Part shown: in pieces, positions 26,233-33,933 of the stretch
Numbering within the stretch: position 1 is the first letter of the stretch
Layout: each line of letters opens with the position of its first letter
NCBI GenBank assembly: GCA_003560875.1
Contig: PWJQ01000035.1
Location: forward strand, 7,182 to 71,181
Source of the DNA: Methanomassiliicoccaceae archaeon
GTDB taxonomy: Archaea > Thermoplasmatota > Thermoplasmata > Methanomassiliicoccales > Methanomethylophilaceae
Length of the DNA stretch: 64,000 nt
Direction: 5' to 3'
Notes under the pieces: model-generated
What the model was told of the DNA's origin: nothing
Databases searched by the model: none
The model's input: only the letters and a program-made list of their open reading frames with translations
Made by a program: the position numbers and the translations under genes

Positions 26233-27660
26233 ATGTTCAAGGAACCCATCTTCAGCGGAGTCTACGCATCGCTGGTAACACCTTTCGACGCCGATGAGGG
26301 CGTCGACGAGTCCGCCCTGAGGAAACTCATCTCACGCATGGTCGGAGAGGTGGACGGACTGGTGGTCTGTGGTGCCGAAGGGGAGTTCGAATACCTCTCC
26401 GATACGGAGCGACGCAGGGTGATCGCCGTTGCCGTGGACGAGGTGGCGGGAAGGGTGCCGTTGATCGTCGGCACCGGCTCGGCTAGCACCCGCCTGGCTT
26501 GTCAACTGTCATCCTTCGCCGAAGAAGCGGGGGCCGATGCGGTCATCGTTTCCACACCCTACTTCCTGTTCCCTGCCGACAAGGGATATCATCAACACTT
26601 CCTCGAGGTATCAAATTCCACATCCTTGCCGATGATCGTCTACAATCCCATGGAGACCTGCATCGGTCGCATACCCCGGAAGGTCCTGGAGGACATATCC
26701 TACTTGGATAACGTGGTTGCACTGGCGGATTCCTCGGGCGACATGCCGTACCTCATGGAGGTCATCGAGAAGGTGAAGGGCAGGATGGACGTCCTGGTGA
26801 GTAACGAGGAGACCGTGTATCCCTCCCTGTGCGTCGGATGCTCGGGTATGATACTGGGTAGCGCCCAGGTCTATCCGTCGTTGTGGAGGGGGATGTTCAA
26901 TTCCTTCGCGGATGGTGACGACGATCAGTCACGCATCCTACAGGCCAGGGTGCAGAAGCTCTCCCGCCTGTTCATGAGACACGGTCTGGCGGTGCCTTTG
27001 AAGGCGGCACTGAGGATGATCGGTGAACCGGTGGGCAAGGCCCGTGGTCCTTTGAAGGAGGGGGGCTCCCTGCTGCATGAGGACCGGGAGGAGATCAAGG
27101 TCGAACTGGAGAGGATCGGTATGTTGGAGCGCGCCGGCCAGTCCGTAACGGAATACGACATGCCCTTGAACGAGAGGTTCAGCGACATAGGTATCAGTCC
27201 CGCGGACATCCAGAGTCATGGCGTACGCCTGTCGTCGGCATCCCATGGCAGCGGGGAGGAGCGGGCGGTCATCGATATCGCCCTGGGCCGGAAGGACGGC
27301 CTCCTGGGCGACGTTTTCGCATCCCAGCTCGTATATCTCGATCACGGCAAGGAATCATTGCCCATCGTCCTGGAGCCGAACCTCGCCACCCTGCCACCGT
27401 GCCTGATCATCCCGGTCATGGAGCTGCGCAGCATGCGCCAGGCGAACATGGTCTACGGTCCGGCACAGGGCGCGATAGCCAAGGCCATCGTGGACCTCTG
27501 TGCCGAGGGCATGGTACCGCAGAGGGTGATGGATGAATGCATAATGCTGGCACGGGTGTTCATGGACCCCAACGCCCTCGACCGTTCCTCGATCTACGTG
27601 AACTTCCATCAGGCCACCCGCAAGGCCATGGAGGAACTGCTCAAGGAGGTGCCGCAATGA
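26233..27660 (+). CDS. Fusion protein: DapA/DHDPS-fold domain (Schiff-base Lys absent) + C-terminal formaldehyde-activating-enzyme (Fae)-like domain, paralogue 1
   Basis: The N-terminal ~300 aa show the DHDPS pattern (SLVTPFD, GRVPLIVGTGS, GADAVIVSTPYF, IVYN) but read VVALADSSGD where the family has IxGIKExxG. The C-terminal ~145 aa align with Fae (LEPNLATLPPCLIIP, YGPAQGAIAKAIVDLCAEGMVP, ARVFMDPNA...VNFHQATRKAM). ATG 26233 has GGTGAG upstream. The track ORF starts at 26200. Confidence 0.8.
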   Translation: MFKEPIFSGVYASLVTPFDADEGVDESALRKLISRMVGEVDGLVVCGAEGEFEYLSDTERRRVIAVAVDEVAGRVPLIVGTGSASTRLACQLSSFAEEAGADAVIVSTPYFLFPADKGYHQHFLEVSNSTSLPMIVYNPMETCIGRIPRKVLEDISYLDNVVALADSSGDMPYLMEVIEKVKGRMDVLVSNEETVYPSLCVGCSGMILGSAQVYPSLWRGMFNSFADGDDDQSRILQARVQKLSRLFMRHGLAVPLKAALRMIGEPVGKARGPLKEGGSLLHEDREEIKVELERIGMLERAGQSVTEYDMPLNERFSDIGISPADIQSHGVRLSSASHGSGEERAVIDIALGRKDGLLGDVFASQLVYLDHGKESLPIVLEPNLATLPPCLIIPVMELRSMRQANMVYGPAQGAIAKAIVDLCAEGMVPQRVMDECIMLARVFMDPNALDRSSIYVNFHQATRKAMEELLKEVPQ

Positions 27661-29105
27661 GGAGCTCCGACCTGAGAGGCGTCTTCGCGCCTCTGGTAAC
27701 ACCCTTCGACGAAGGTCTGAAGGTCGACGACGAGCGGTTGCGTGGACATGTGAGATGGCTCATGGGCCGCGTCGAAGGCCTGGTCTGCACCTCGGACGTC
27801 GGGGAGTTCGTACATTTGACTGAGACTGAGAGGGTCGAGGTCTGGAGATCGGTGATGGATGAGGTGGACGGGCGGGTTCCAGTGATCGTCGGCAGCGGTT
27901 CGTCGAGCACCAAGGTGGCCAAGGAACTCACCCTCAAGGCCGCTGAGATGGGAGTCGATGCCGCCCTTGTGGTCGACCCCTACTTCTACCGCAGCAGCGG
28001 CAAGGAACGCTACGAGCACTTCCAGGCCCTGGACGCCCTTGGCCTCCCGTTGATAAACCACAACGTCTGCCGCTACACCGGTGCGGAGAGGGAATGGTGG
28101 ACCACCGAGGGCATAGCGGCCTTGGAGAATGTCATCGGCATATTGGATGCCACCGGGGACATGGCCTACACCGCCACCTTGACAGAGAAGGTGGACGACG
28201 CCGCGATTCTGGCGGGCAAGGACGAGGTGGCGGCGATGGCACTGGCACAAGGCTGCAGCGCCGCCGTACCGCCCACCGCCAACTTCATACCCGACCTGTG
28301 GTCGGAGATATATGCGGCGATAGGTGCCAACGACCTCGACTCTGCCCGTTCTTTGCAGATGAGGATACAGAAGACATGTCGCATATCCCACACCTGCCCC
28401 CACCATGTGGCCAAGGCCGCCCTGTGGATGATGGGGCGGGACATGGGACGACCTGCACCCCCGGCGCTGCCCGGCGACAACTTCCTGCATGAGGACTGGG
28501 ATGAGCTGCGCCATCAGTTAGCAGGGCTCGGATTGCTGGACACCAAGAAGGTTCGCATGACAGTCGGTGATGCGTCCTGGGACAGCACCGTGGCATCGAT
28601 ACCGCACACCCCTGACTCCGTCGACCTGCGGATGCTGATCGGCGAAGCCTATTCCGGTCCGTCGGCGCATGAGGCGGCACACGTTGACCTGCTCATCGGC
28701 AGCGACGATGGGCCGGTGGGGAGGGCCTACGACGCGTCGTTGCTAAATGACCGGGAGGGCAGGGTCAGGGAGCTGATGTCGATGCCCCGTTGCATGGTCG
28801 TGCCAACGGTGACAGCGAGGACGGCGAAGCAGAAGAGACATATGGAGCTGGCCTCCGCCGGGGTGGTCCAGGCGGTGGAGGAGGCGGTCGGTGACGGTTT
28901 CCTGCCCCGCGACATGCTGGACCGTATCCGCTTGATCGCCAACGTGTTCGTGCACCCCGGCGCTGCCAACGAGAGGCGCATCCGGGTGAACAACTACAAG
29001 GCCATGCGCAACGCCATAAGGAGGGCGGTGGAGGGAAGACCCCACGCCGAGGAACTGGTGTGGCTGAAGGACTCTGTGAGACACCCCACCCGCTACACGC
29101 CTTAA
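27657..29105 (+). CDS. Fusion protein: DapA/DHDPS-fold domain (Schiff-base Lys absent) + C-terminal Fae-like domain, paralogue 2
   Basis: ATGA overlap with paralogue 1, and AAGGAGGTG lies 5 nt upstream of ATG 27657. N-terminal PLVTPFD, GRVPVIVGSGS, GVDAALVVDPYF, and VIGILDATGD in place of the K motif. The C-terminal domain matches Fae strongly at both ends (MLIGEAYSG...EAAHVDLLIGSDDGPVG; NVFVHPGA...NNYKAMRNAIRRAVEGRP...HPT). Confidence 0.8.
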   Translation: MRSSDLRGVFAPLVTPFDEGLKVDDERLRGHVRWLMGRVEGLVCTSDVGEFVHLTETERVEVWRSVMDEVDGRVPVIVGSGSSSTKVAKELTLKAAEMGVDAALVVDPYFYRSSGKERYEHFQALDALGLPLINHNVCRYTGAEREWWTTEGIAALENVIGILDATGDMAYTATLTEKVDDAAILAGKDEVAAMALAQGCSAAVPPTANFIPDLWSEIYAAIGANDLDSARSLQMRIQKTCRISHTCPHHVAKAALWMMGRDMGRPAPPALPGDNFLHEDWDELRHQLAGLGLLDTKKVRMTVGDASWDSTVASIPHTPDSVDLRMLIGEAYSGPSAHEAAHVDLLIGSDDGPVGRAYDASLLNDREGRVRELMSMPRCMVVPTVTARTAKQKRHMELASAGVVQAVEEAVGDGFLPRDMLDRIRLIANVFVHPGAANERRIRVNNYKAMRNAIRRAVEGRPHAEELVWLKDSVRHPTRYTP

Positions 29106-29836
29106 TAGATGGGCTCGATGATGAACTTGCAGTAGTTGTAGGCGATACCGAAGCACTCGTTCTCCGAGATGCGGAAACGACGACCGGTCTTCTCCTCCAG
29201 TACGGCCTTGAAGACGCCTTCGTGGAACATGCACAGCTTATTGCCGGCCTCGGCGTTGGTCTCGTATTCGTCACGGATGATTATGGTTAGTGGCACGAAG
29301 GTGTAGACACATACCTCGCCCAGATCGTGCATCTCATAGAACTCCTGCAGTTCGGAGACGATGTTCTCCACATCGGTGGATTCCATCTGAGTGGAGAGGG
29401 CCTTACCGACCTCGCTGCCCACCTCGTACATGGCCGGGTCGATGGCCAGTCCGATGGCTTCCAATCCTATCAGTATCGAGCGCATCAGTCCTTTCAGGAA
29501 CGATGACGGTGTCCCGGCGGAATCCAGGACGGTCTGGTGCATGTACTCCATCATCTCCTCCGAGGGGTTCGTGGCCTTGGCCACCGGTTTGGAGGATAGG
29601 AAGAATATCTTACGGCGGTTGTCGGAGGGGTCGTCCCTTGAGAAGACCAGTTTCTCCTTCACCATCTTATCCAGATGAACTGACAAGGTGGATTGGGCCT
29701 TGCCGGTTATGTTCGCGATCTCCGTCAGGGACAGGTCCTTAACCTGCAGTTCGGCTAAAATCCTCTGCCGTACTGGGTTACATATCTGTTTCAAACCGGA
29801 ACTGGTCGAATAGATTTCGAATGCAGGATTGTCCAT
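29102..29836 (-). CDS. ArsR-family winged-HTH regulator with C-terminal V4R domain (MsvR-like architecture)
   Basis: N-terminal ICNPVRQRILAEL...LSLTEIANITGKAQSTLSVHLDKMVKEKLV (ArsR wHTH). The C-terminal domain has four Cys (EVCVYTF, KLCMFHEG, ENECFG, NYCKF) in a V4R-like pattern. Its stop overlaps the stop of 27657..29105 by 4 nt (convergent). Confidence 0.75.
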   Translation of the reverse strand: MDNPAFEIYSTSSGLKQICNPVRQRILAELQVKDLSLTEIANITGKAQSTLSVHLDKMVKEKLVFSRDDPSDNRRKIFFLSSKPVAKATNPSEEMMEYMHQTVLDSAGTPSSFLKGLMRSILIGLEAIGLAIDPAMYEVGSEVGKALSTQMESTDVENIVSELQEFYEMHDLGEVCVYTFVPLTIIIRDEYETNAEAGNKLCMFHEGVFKAVLEEKTGRRFRISENECFGIAYNYCKFIIEPIY

Positions 29837-29946
29837 GGGAGCAGAGGCCCATCGGGATGATTCCTAATTAAACTTCCCGTTTGAATTATCAGGCCGGGCC
29901 ATCATCTTAATCTACATTCGGGATTATTGTCTCAGCAGGGAGCGGT

Positions 29947-30948
29947 ATGAGGTTCAAGGACAACGGAGAGGTGAGAGATATCAGGGCCCTGTGGTTCGAG
30001 AACAACGAGCTGGTCATGATGGACCAGCGACTGTTGCCCCAGAAGGTTGTTTTTCTCCGATACAAGGAGCACACCGAGGTGGCCAAGGCCATAAGGGACA
30101 TGGTCACCCGCGGTGCCCCCTCGATAGGCGCCGCGGCGGCCTACGGGATGACCCTGGCGGCATTGAACGGTGTCGACCTCTCCGCTGCCGCCACCGCCCT
30201 CAAGGCCGCGAGGCCCACCGCCAACGACCTGTTCTACGCGGTGGACCATATGGCAGAGAGGATATCCTGCGGGGATGACCCGGTGCGGGTCGCCGACTCT
30301 TACGCCTCAGCGATCATAGACAACTGCACGGCGATAGGCGTCCATGGCGCACCGTTGATAAGGGACGGGTACACGGTGATGACCCACTGCAACGCCGGGG
30401 CCTTGGCCACGGTGGACGTGGGGACCGCCCTGGCCCCCATCCGTGCAGCATGGTCGGAGGGCCGGAGGTTCAAGGTTCTGGTATCAGAGACCAGACCCCG
30501 TCTCCAAGGCCTACAGCTCACCGCATGGGAACTTGTCCAGGAGGACATCGACCACGCGGTGATCGTCGACGGTGCCTCGGGCCACTTCATGCGCAAAGGT
30601 GTGGACATGGTCATCGTGGGGGCCGACCGCATCGTGGCCAACGGGGATTTCGCCAACAAGGTGGGCACTTATGAGAAAGCGGTCATCGCCAAGGAGCTGG
30701 GCGTACCGTTCTACGTCGCCGCACCCGTCTCCACCTTTGATTTCGAGACTGCGGGCGGTGATGAGATCGACATAGAGGAGCGGGACGGGGATGAGATCAG
30801 CACCATCGCGGGTGCGTCGGTGGCGCCGGCCGGGGTCCAGGTACTGAACCCGGCCTTCGATGTCACCCCCGCCCGCTATGTCACTGCTTACATAACCGAG
30901 AAGGGCATACTCAGGGCCGAGGACATCGATACCATGAGGAGGGAATGA
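29947..30948 (+). CDS. mtnA: Methylthioribose-1-phosphate (5-deoxyribose-1-phosphate) isomerase, eIF-2B alpha/beta/delta-related
   Basis: MMDQRLLP, MVTRGAPSIGAAAAYG, THCNAGALAT and VGADRIVANGDFANKVGTY are typical of MtnA. Confidence 0.85.
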   Translation: MRFKDNGEVRDIRALWFENNELVMMDQRLLPQKVVFLRYKEHTEVAKAIRDMVTRGAPSIGAAAAYGMTLAALNGVDLSAAATALKAARPTANDLFYAVDHMAERISCGDDPVRVADSYASAIIDNCTAIGVHGAPLIRDGYTVMTHCNAGALATVDVGTALAPIRAAWSEGRRFKVLVSETRPRLQGLQLTAWELVQEDIDHAVIVDGASGHFMRKGVDMVIVGADRIVANGDFANKVGTYEKAVIAKELGVPFYVAAPVSTFDFETAGGDEIDIEERDGDEISTIAGASVAPAGVQVLNPAFDVTPARYVTAYITEKGILRAEDIDTMRRE

Positions 30949-30949
30949 G

Positions 30950-31558
30950 ATGGACGAACGTGGACATCGGGACGAATTGGCGAACATCTGCAAATTACTA
31001 TACGACCGCAACCTGACATTCTCCTCCGGCGGGAACATGAGCGTGAGGGTCGATCCAGAGCACATAGTGATCACCCCTTCTGGTAGGAACAAGGGCATGT
31101 TGCGCGGAGAGGATATGATCAAGGTCAACCTGGACGGCAAGGTGGTCGGTGAGGGGAGGCCGTCCATCGAGGTGGGGATGCACCTCATATACTACCGCAT
31201 GCGCGATGACGTCGGGGCCATCGTCCATTGCCATCCCCCTTACTGCACATCATTGGCCATCATGGGGGAGAGACTCAAGAGCAATCTGACCCCGGAGGGT
31301 GCTGTTCTTCTGGGAGAGGTGCCCATCGCACCATACGGGACGCCGGGCACCACCCACCTGGTGGACTCGGTGAAGGATCACGTTCACAGCGACTGCCTGA
31401 TAATGGAGAGGCACGGGGCGTTGGCGACGGGCGCCGACCTGATATCCGCCTACAACCGCATGGAGGAGTTGGAGTTCCACGCCCGACTGCAGTTCATCAT
31501 CGGCGACAGGGCCCGGGAGTTCGATGCCGAGGAGATCGAGAAAATAAAACAGGGATGA
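30950..31558 (+). CDS. Class II aldolase/adducin-domain protein (MtnB dehydratase or 5-(methylthio/deoxy)ribulose-1-P aldolase type)
   Basis: SSGGNMSVR, ITPSG, VHCHPPY and MERHGALATG show the class II aldolase fold with its His ligands. AGGAGGGAA lies upstream and the start is 1 nt after the mtnA stop. Confidence 0.8.
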   Translation: MDERGHRDELANICKLLYDRNLTFSSGGNMSVRVDPEHIVITPSGRNKGMLRGEDMIKVNLDGKVVGEGRPSIEVGMHLIYYRMRDDVGAIVHCHPPYCTSLAIMGERLKSNLTPEGAVLLGEVPIAPYGTPGTTHLVDSVKDHVHSDCLIMERHGALATGADLISAYNRMEELEFHARLQFIIGDRAREFDAEEIEKIKQG

Positions 31559-32628
31559 CCATGGCACAATACCTAGTCACCAAATGGTTCGGTTGTTTCC
31601 TCTGCGACGGGACGAAGATAATCGATAGTCGTGTGTTCGCTCCTGATGCCGAGGCGATCGCACAGAGATTGGCCAAGGTCCAGCGTGGAGAGGTGCTCAC
31701 GGAGGAGAAGGAACTCGTCGGTGAGCGGAGGGTGCGTGTCAGTGAGCAGCGTCAATCGCCCCTGGGGAAACCGGGGATGTTCGATTCATCTTTCATCGTC
31801 CCTGATGAGGATAGTCATGGACGCGAACTGATGCACGAGGTGATGATCGGGCTGGGGAGGTTGCGCACCAGCGAACCTCTCGCCAGGGACCGTAACCTGG
31901 TGCAGGCCATACGCGGCCTGGACGACCTAATCGAGACCTCCAACCTCATGAACGAGAGGTTGCATGAATGGTACGGCCTGCACTTCCCCGAGCTGGCGGA
32001 CCACGCTCGTGAGCGGAGGTACGCGTCCCTCATCGCCGAGCACGGTGAGCGGGAGGGCATCATGCAGGAGCTGTCACTGGACTTCGAGTCCATGGGCGCC
32101 GATATGGACCCGGAGGACATAGAGAGCATACGCGGTATGGCCGAGGGCCTGGTGCACATGTACGAGCGCCGGGCGGTCCTCGAGGCCTACATAGCCGCCA
32201 ACATCGAGCCGATAGCTCCCAACATGTGCGCCCTCCTGGGACCCAACCTGGCGGCCAGGATGATATCCTTGGCCGGAGGTTTGCAGAGATTGGCATCGCT
32301 GCCGGCGTCAACCTTACAGCTACTGGGGGCGGAGAAGGCGATGTTCCGCCATCTGCGTGACAAGAAGAAACCGCCCAAGCACGGCATCATCTTTCAGCAT
32401 CCCTCCGTCCATCGAGCGCCTTACTGGCAACGGGGCAACATTTCCCGGGCGCTGGCGGCCAAGGCCGTCATCGCCGCCCGTGTCGACCAGTACGGCGGGG
32501 AATACCGTGGCGACGACCTCGTGGAACAGTTCAACTCCCGCGTGGAGGACATCCGCAAGAGATATCCGCAACCTCCCAAGAAAGAGAGGACGCCAAAAGG
32601 ACCGAGACGCCGCCAGAGGCGTCGTTGA
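31555..32628 (+). CDS. nop5: Nop56/58 (Nop5) C/D box sRNP core protein
   Basis: NOP domain segments LHEWYGLHFPEL, NLAARMISLAGGL, STLQLLGAEKA, HGIIFQHP and a basic C-terminal tail. ATG 31555 forms an ATGA overlap with the aldolase stop. ATG 31561 is an alternative start. Confidence 0.88.
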   Translation: MTMAQYLVTKWFGCFLCDGTKIIDSRVFAPDAEAIAQRLAKVQRGEVLTEEKELVGERRVRVSEQRQSPLGKPGMFDSSFIVPDEDSHGRELMHEVMIGLGRLRTSEPLARDRNLVQAIRGLDDLIETSNLMNERLHEWYGLHFPELADHARERRYASLIAEHGEREGIMQELSLDFESMGADMDPEDIESIRGMAEGLVHMYERRAVLEAYIAANIEPIAPNMCALLGPNLAARMISLAGGLQRLASLPASTLQLLGAEKAMFRHLRDKKKPPKHGIIFQHPSVHRAPYWQRGNISRALAAKAVIAARVDQYGGEYRGDDLVEQFNSRVEDIRKRYPQPPKKERTPKGPRRRQRRR

Positions 32629-32655
32629 GGCCTCTGGTCCGTTCCGGTCATTAAC

Positions 32656-32668
32656 AAAAATATTTAAA
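32656..32668 (+). promoter_or_regulatory. TATA box upstream of aIF5A
   Basis: aaaaatatttaaa is centred ~33 nt upstream of ATG 32696, implying a leaderless or very short-leader mRNA. Confidence 0.55.
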
Positions 32669-32695
32669 CGATATGACGATAACAAAACGATTATC

Positions 32696-33073
32696 ATGTG
32701 GGAGCAGAAGGAAGTCTCGGAATTGAAAGTGAACAGGTACGTCAACATCGATGACGAACCTTGCAAGATCACCGGCATCAGCACCTCCAAGCCCGGCAAG
32801 CACGGCGGGGCGAAGGCCAGGATCGAAGGAGTAAGCATATTCTCCGGTTCGAAGAAGACACTGGTGTCCCCGGTCAAGGCCAAGGTCCAGGTCCCGATGA
32901 TAGACAAGCGTCGCGCCCAGATACTCTCGATAGTGAATAACGAGGTCCAGCTCATGGACCTTGAGACCTATGAGAACATCATCATACCCATACAGGACGA
33001 CGTGGAGTCAACGTTGGAGGAAGGCGGCGAGGTCATGTACATGATCGCCATGGGCCGCCAGCGTTTGATGTGA
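32696..33073 (+). CDS. eif5a: Translation initiation factor 5A (hypusine-containing)
   Basis: 125 aa with the STSKPGKHGGAKARI hypusination loop. The upstream part of track ORF 32357..33073 overlaps nop5. Confidence 0.93.
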   Translation: MWEQKEVSELKVNRYVNIDDEPCKITGISTSKPGKHGGAKARIEGVSIFSGSKKTLVSPVKAKVQVPMIDKRRAQILSIVNNEVQLMDLETYENIIIPIQDDVESTLEEGGEVMYMIAMGRQRLM

Positions 33074-33080
33074 TAGCCCC

Positions 33081-33929
33081 ATGATAAGAGGAGCGAGTTT
33101 CGCCGACTGTGAGCATTCCTTCGAGGATGCTGACTACGTCATAATGGGGATACCGTTCGACCGCACCACCTCCTTCCGGGCGGGGTGTCGGGATGCGCCT
33201 GATTCAGTGCGCCGTTCGTCCTACAACCTCGAGATGTACATGTTCGAACACGACCATGATATCGGCGACCTCAAACTCCACGACATGGGAGACCTCGACG
33301 ATTACGCCCTGGTAGACGAGATGGTGGAGGCCGCGTGGATAGAGGCCTCCCGGATCGTCGATGCGGGCAAGTTCCCCATAACCATCGGTGGCGAGCATTC
33401 GGTCACCGTTCCCATCGTAAAAGCGTTCAGCAAGGACATCTCCGTCATATCCGTCGACGCCCACACAGACTTCCGCGACGAGTACATGGGGATGAAGAAC
33501 AGTCATGCCTGCGTCATGAGACGCTGTGCCGACCATGTCGGTAAGGAGAACGTAGCCAGCCTCGGTGTGCGTTCCATATCGAAGGAGGAGGTCGATGTCG
33601 GCCTACCTTTCCATGTGGACTCCTTCAGCATTCTCGAGAAGGGGATGGAATGGGCCGCCGAGAGGACCCTGGAGCACCTCAAGAACGAGAAGGTGTATCT
33701 GACGGTGGACATCGACGGCATAGACCCCGCCTATGCACCTGGCACCGGGACTCCCGAGCCGTTCGGCGTCCTTCCCTTGCATGTCAAGAAACTGATAAAC
33801 ATCATAGGCGAACGCCTGGTCGGTTTCGATGTCGTGGAGGTCTCGCCCCCTTACGATAACGGCAACACCTCGGTCCTCGCCGCCCGTCTGATACGGGAAG
33901 CGATAGCGGTCAGCTCCAAGAAGAGGTGA
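33081..33929 (+). CDS. speB: Agmatinase (arginase superfamily)
   Basis: GGEHSVT, VDAHTDF and VDIDGIDPAYAPGTGTPEPFG Mn-binding motifs. The eIF5A-agmatinase linkage is common in archaea. Confidence 0.88.
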   Translation: MIRGASFADCEHSFEDADYVIMGIPFDRTTSFRAGCRDAPDSVRRSSYNLEMYMFEHDHDIGDLKLHDMGDLDDYALVDEMVEAAWIEASRIVDAGKFPITIGGEHSVTVPIVKAFSKDISVISVDAHTDFRDEYMGMKNSHACVMRRCADHVGKENVASLGVRSISKEEVDVGLPFHVDSFSILEKGMEWAAERTLEHLKNEKVYLTVDIDGIDPAYAPGTGTPEPFGVLPLHVKKLINIIGERLVGFDVVEVSPPYDNGNTSVLAARLIREAIAVSSKKR

Positions 33930-33933
33930 ACCT

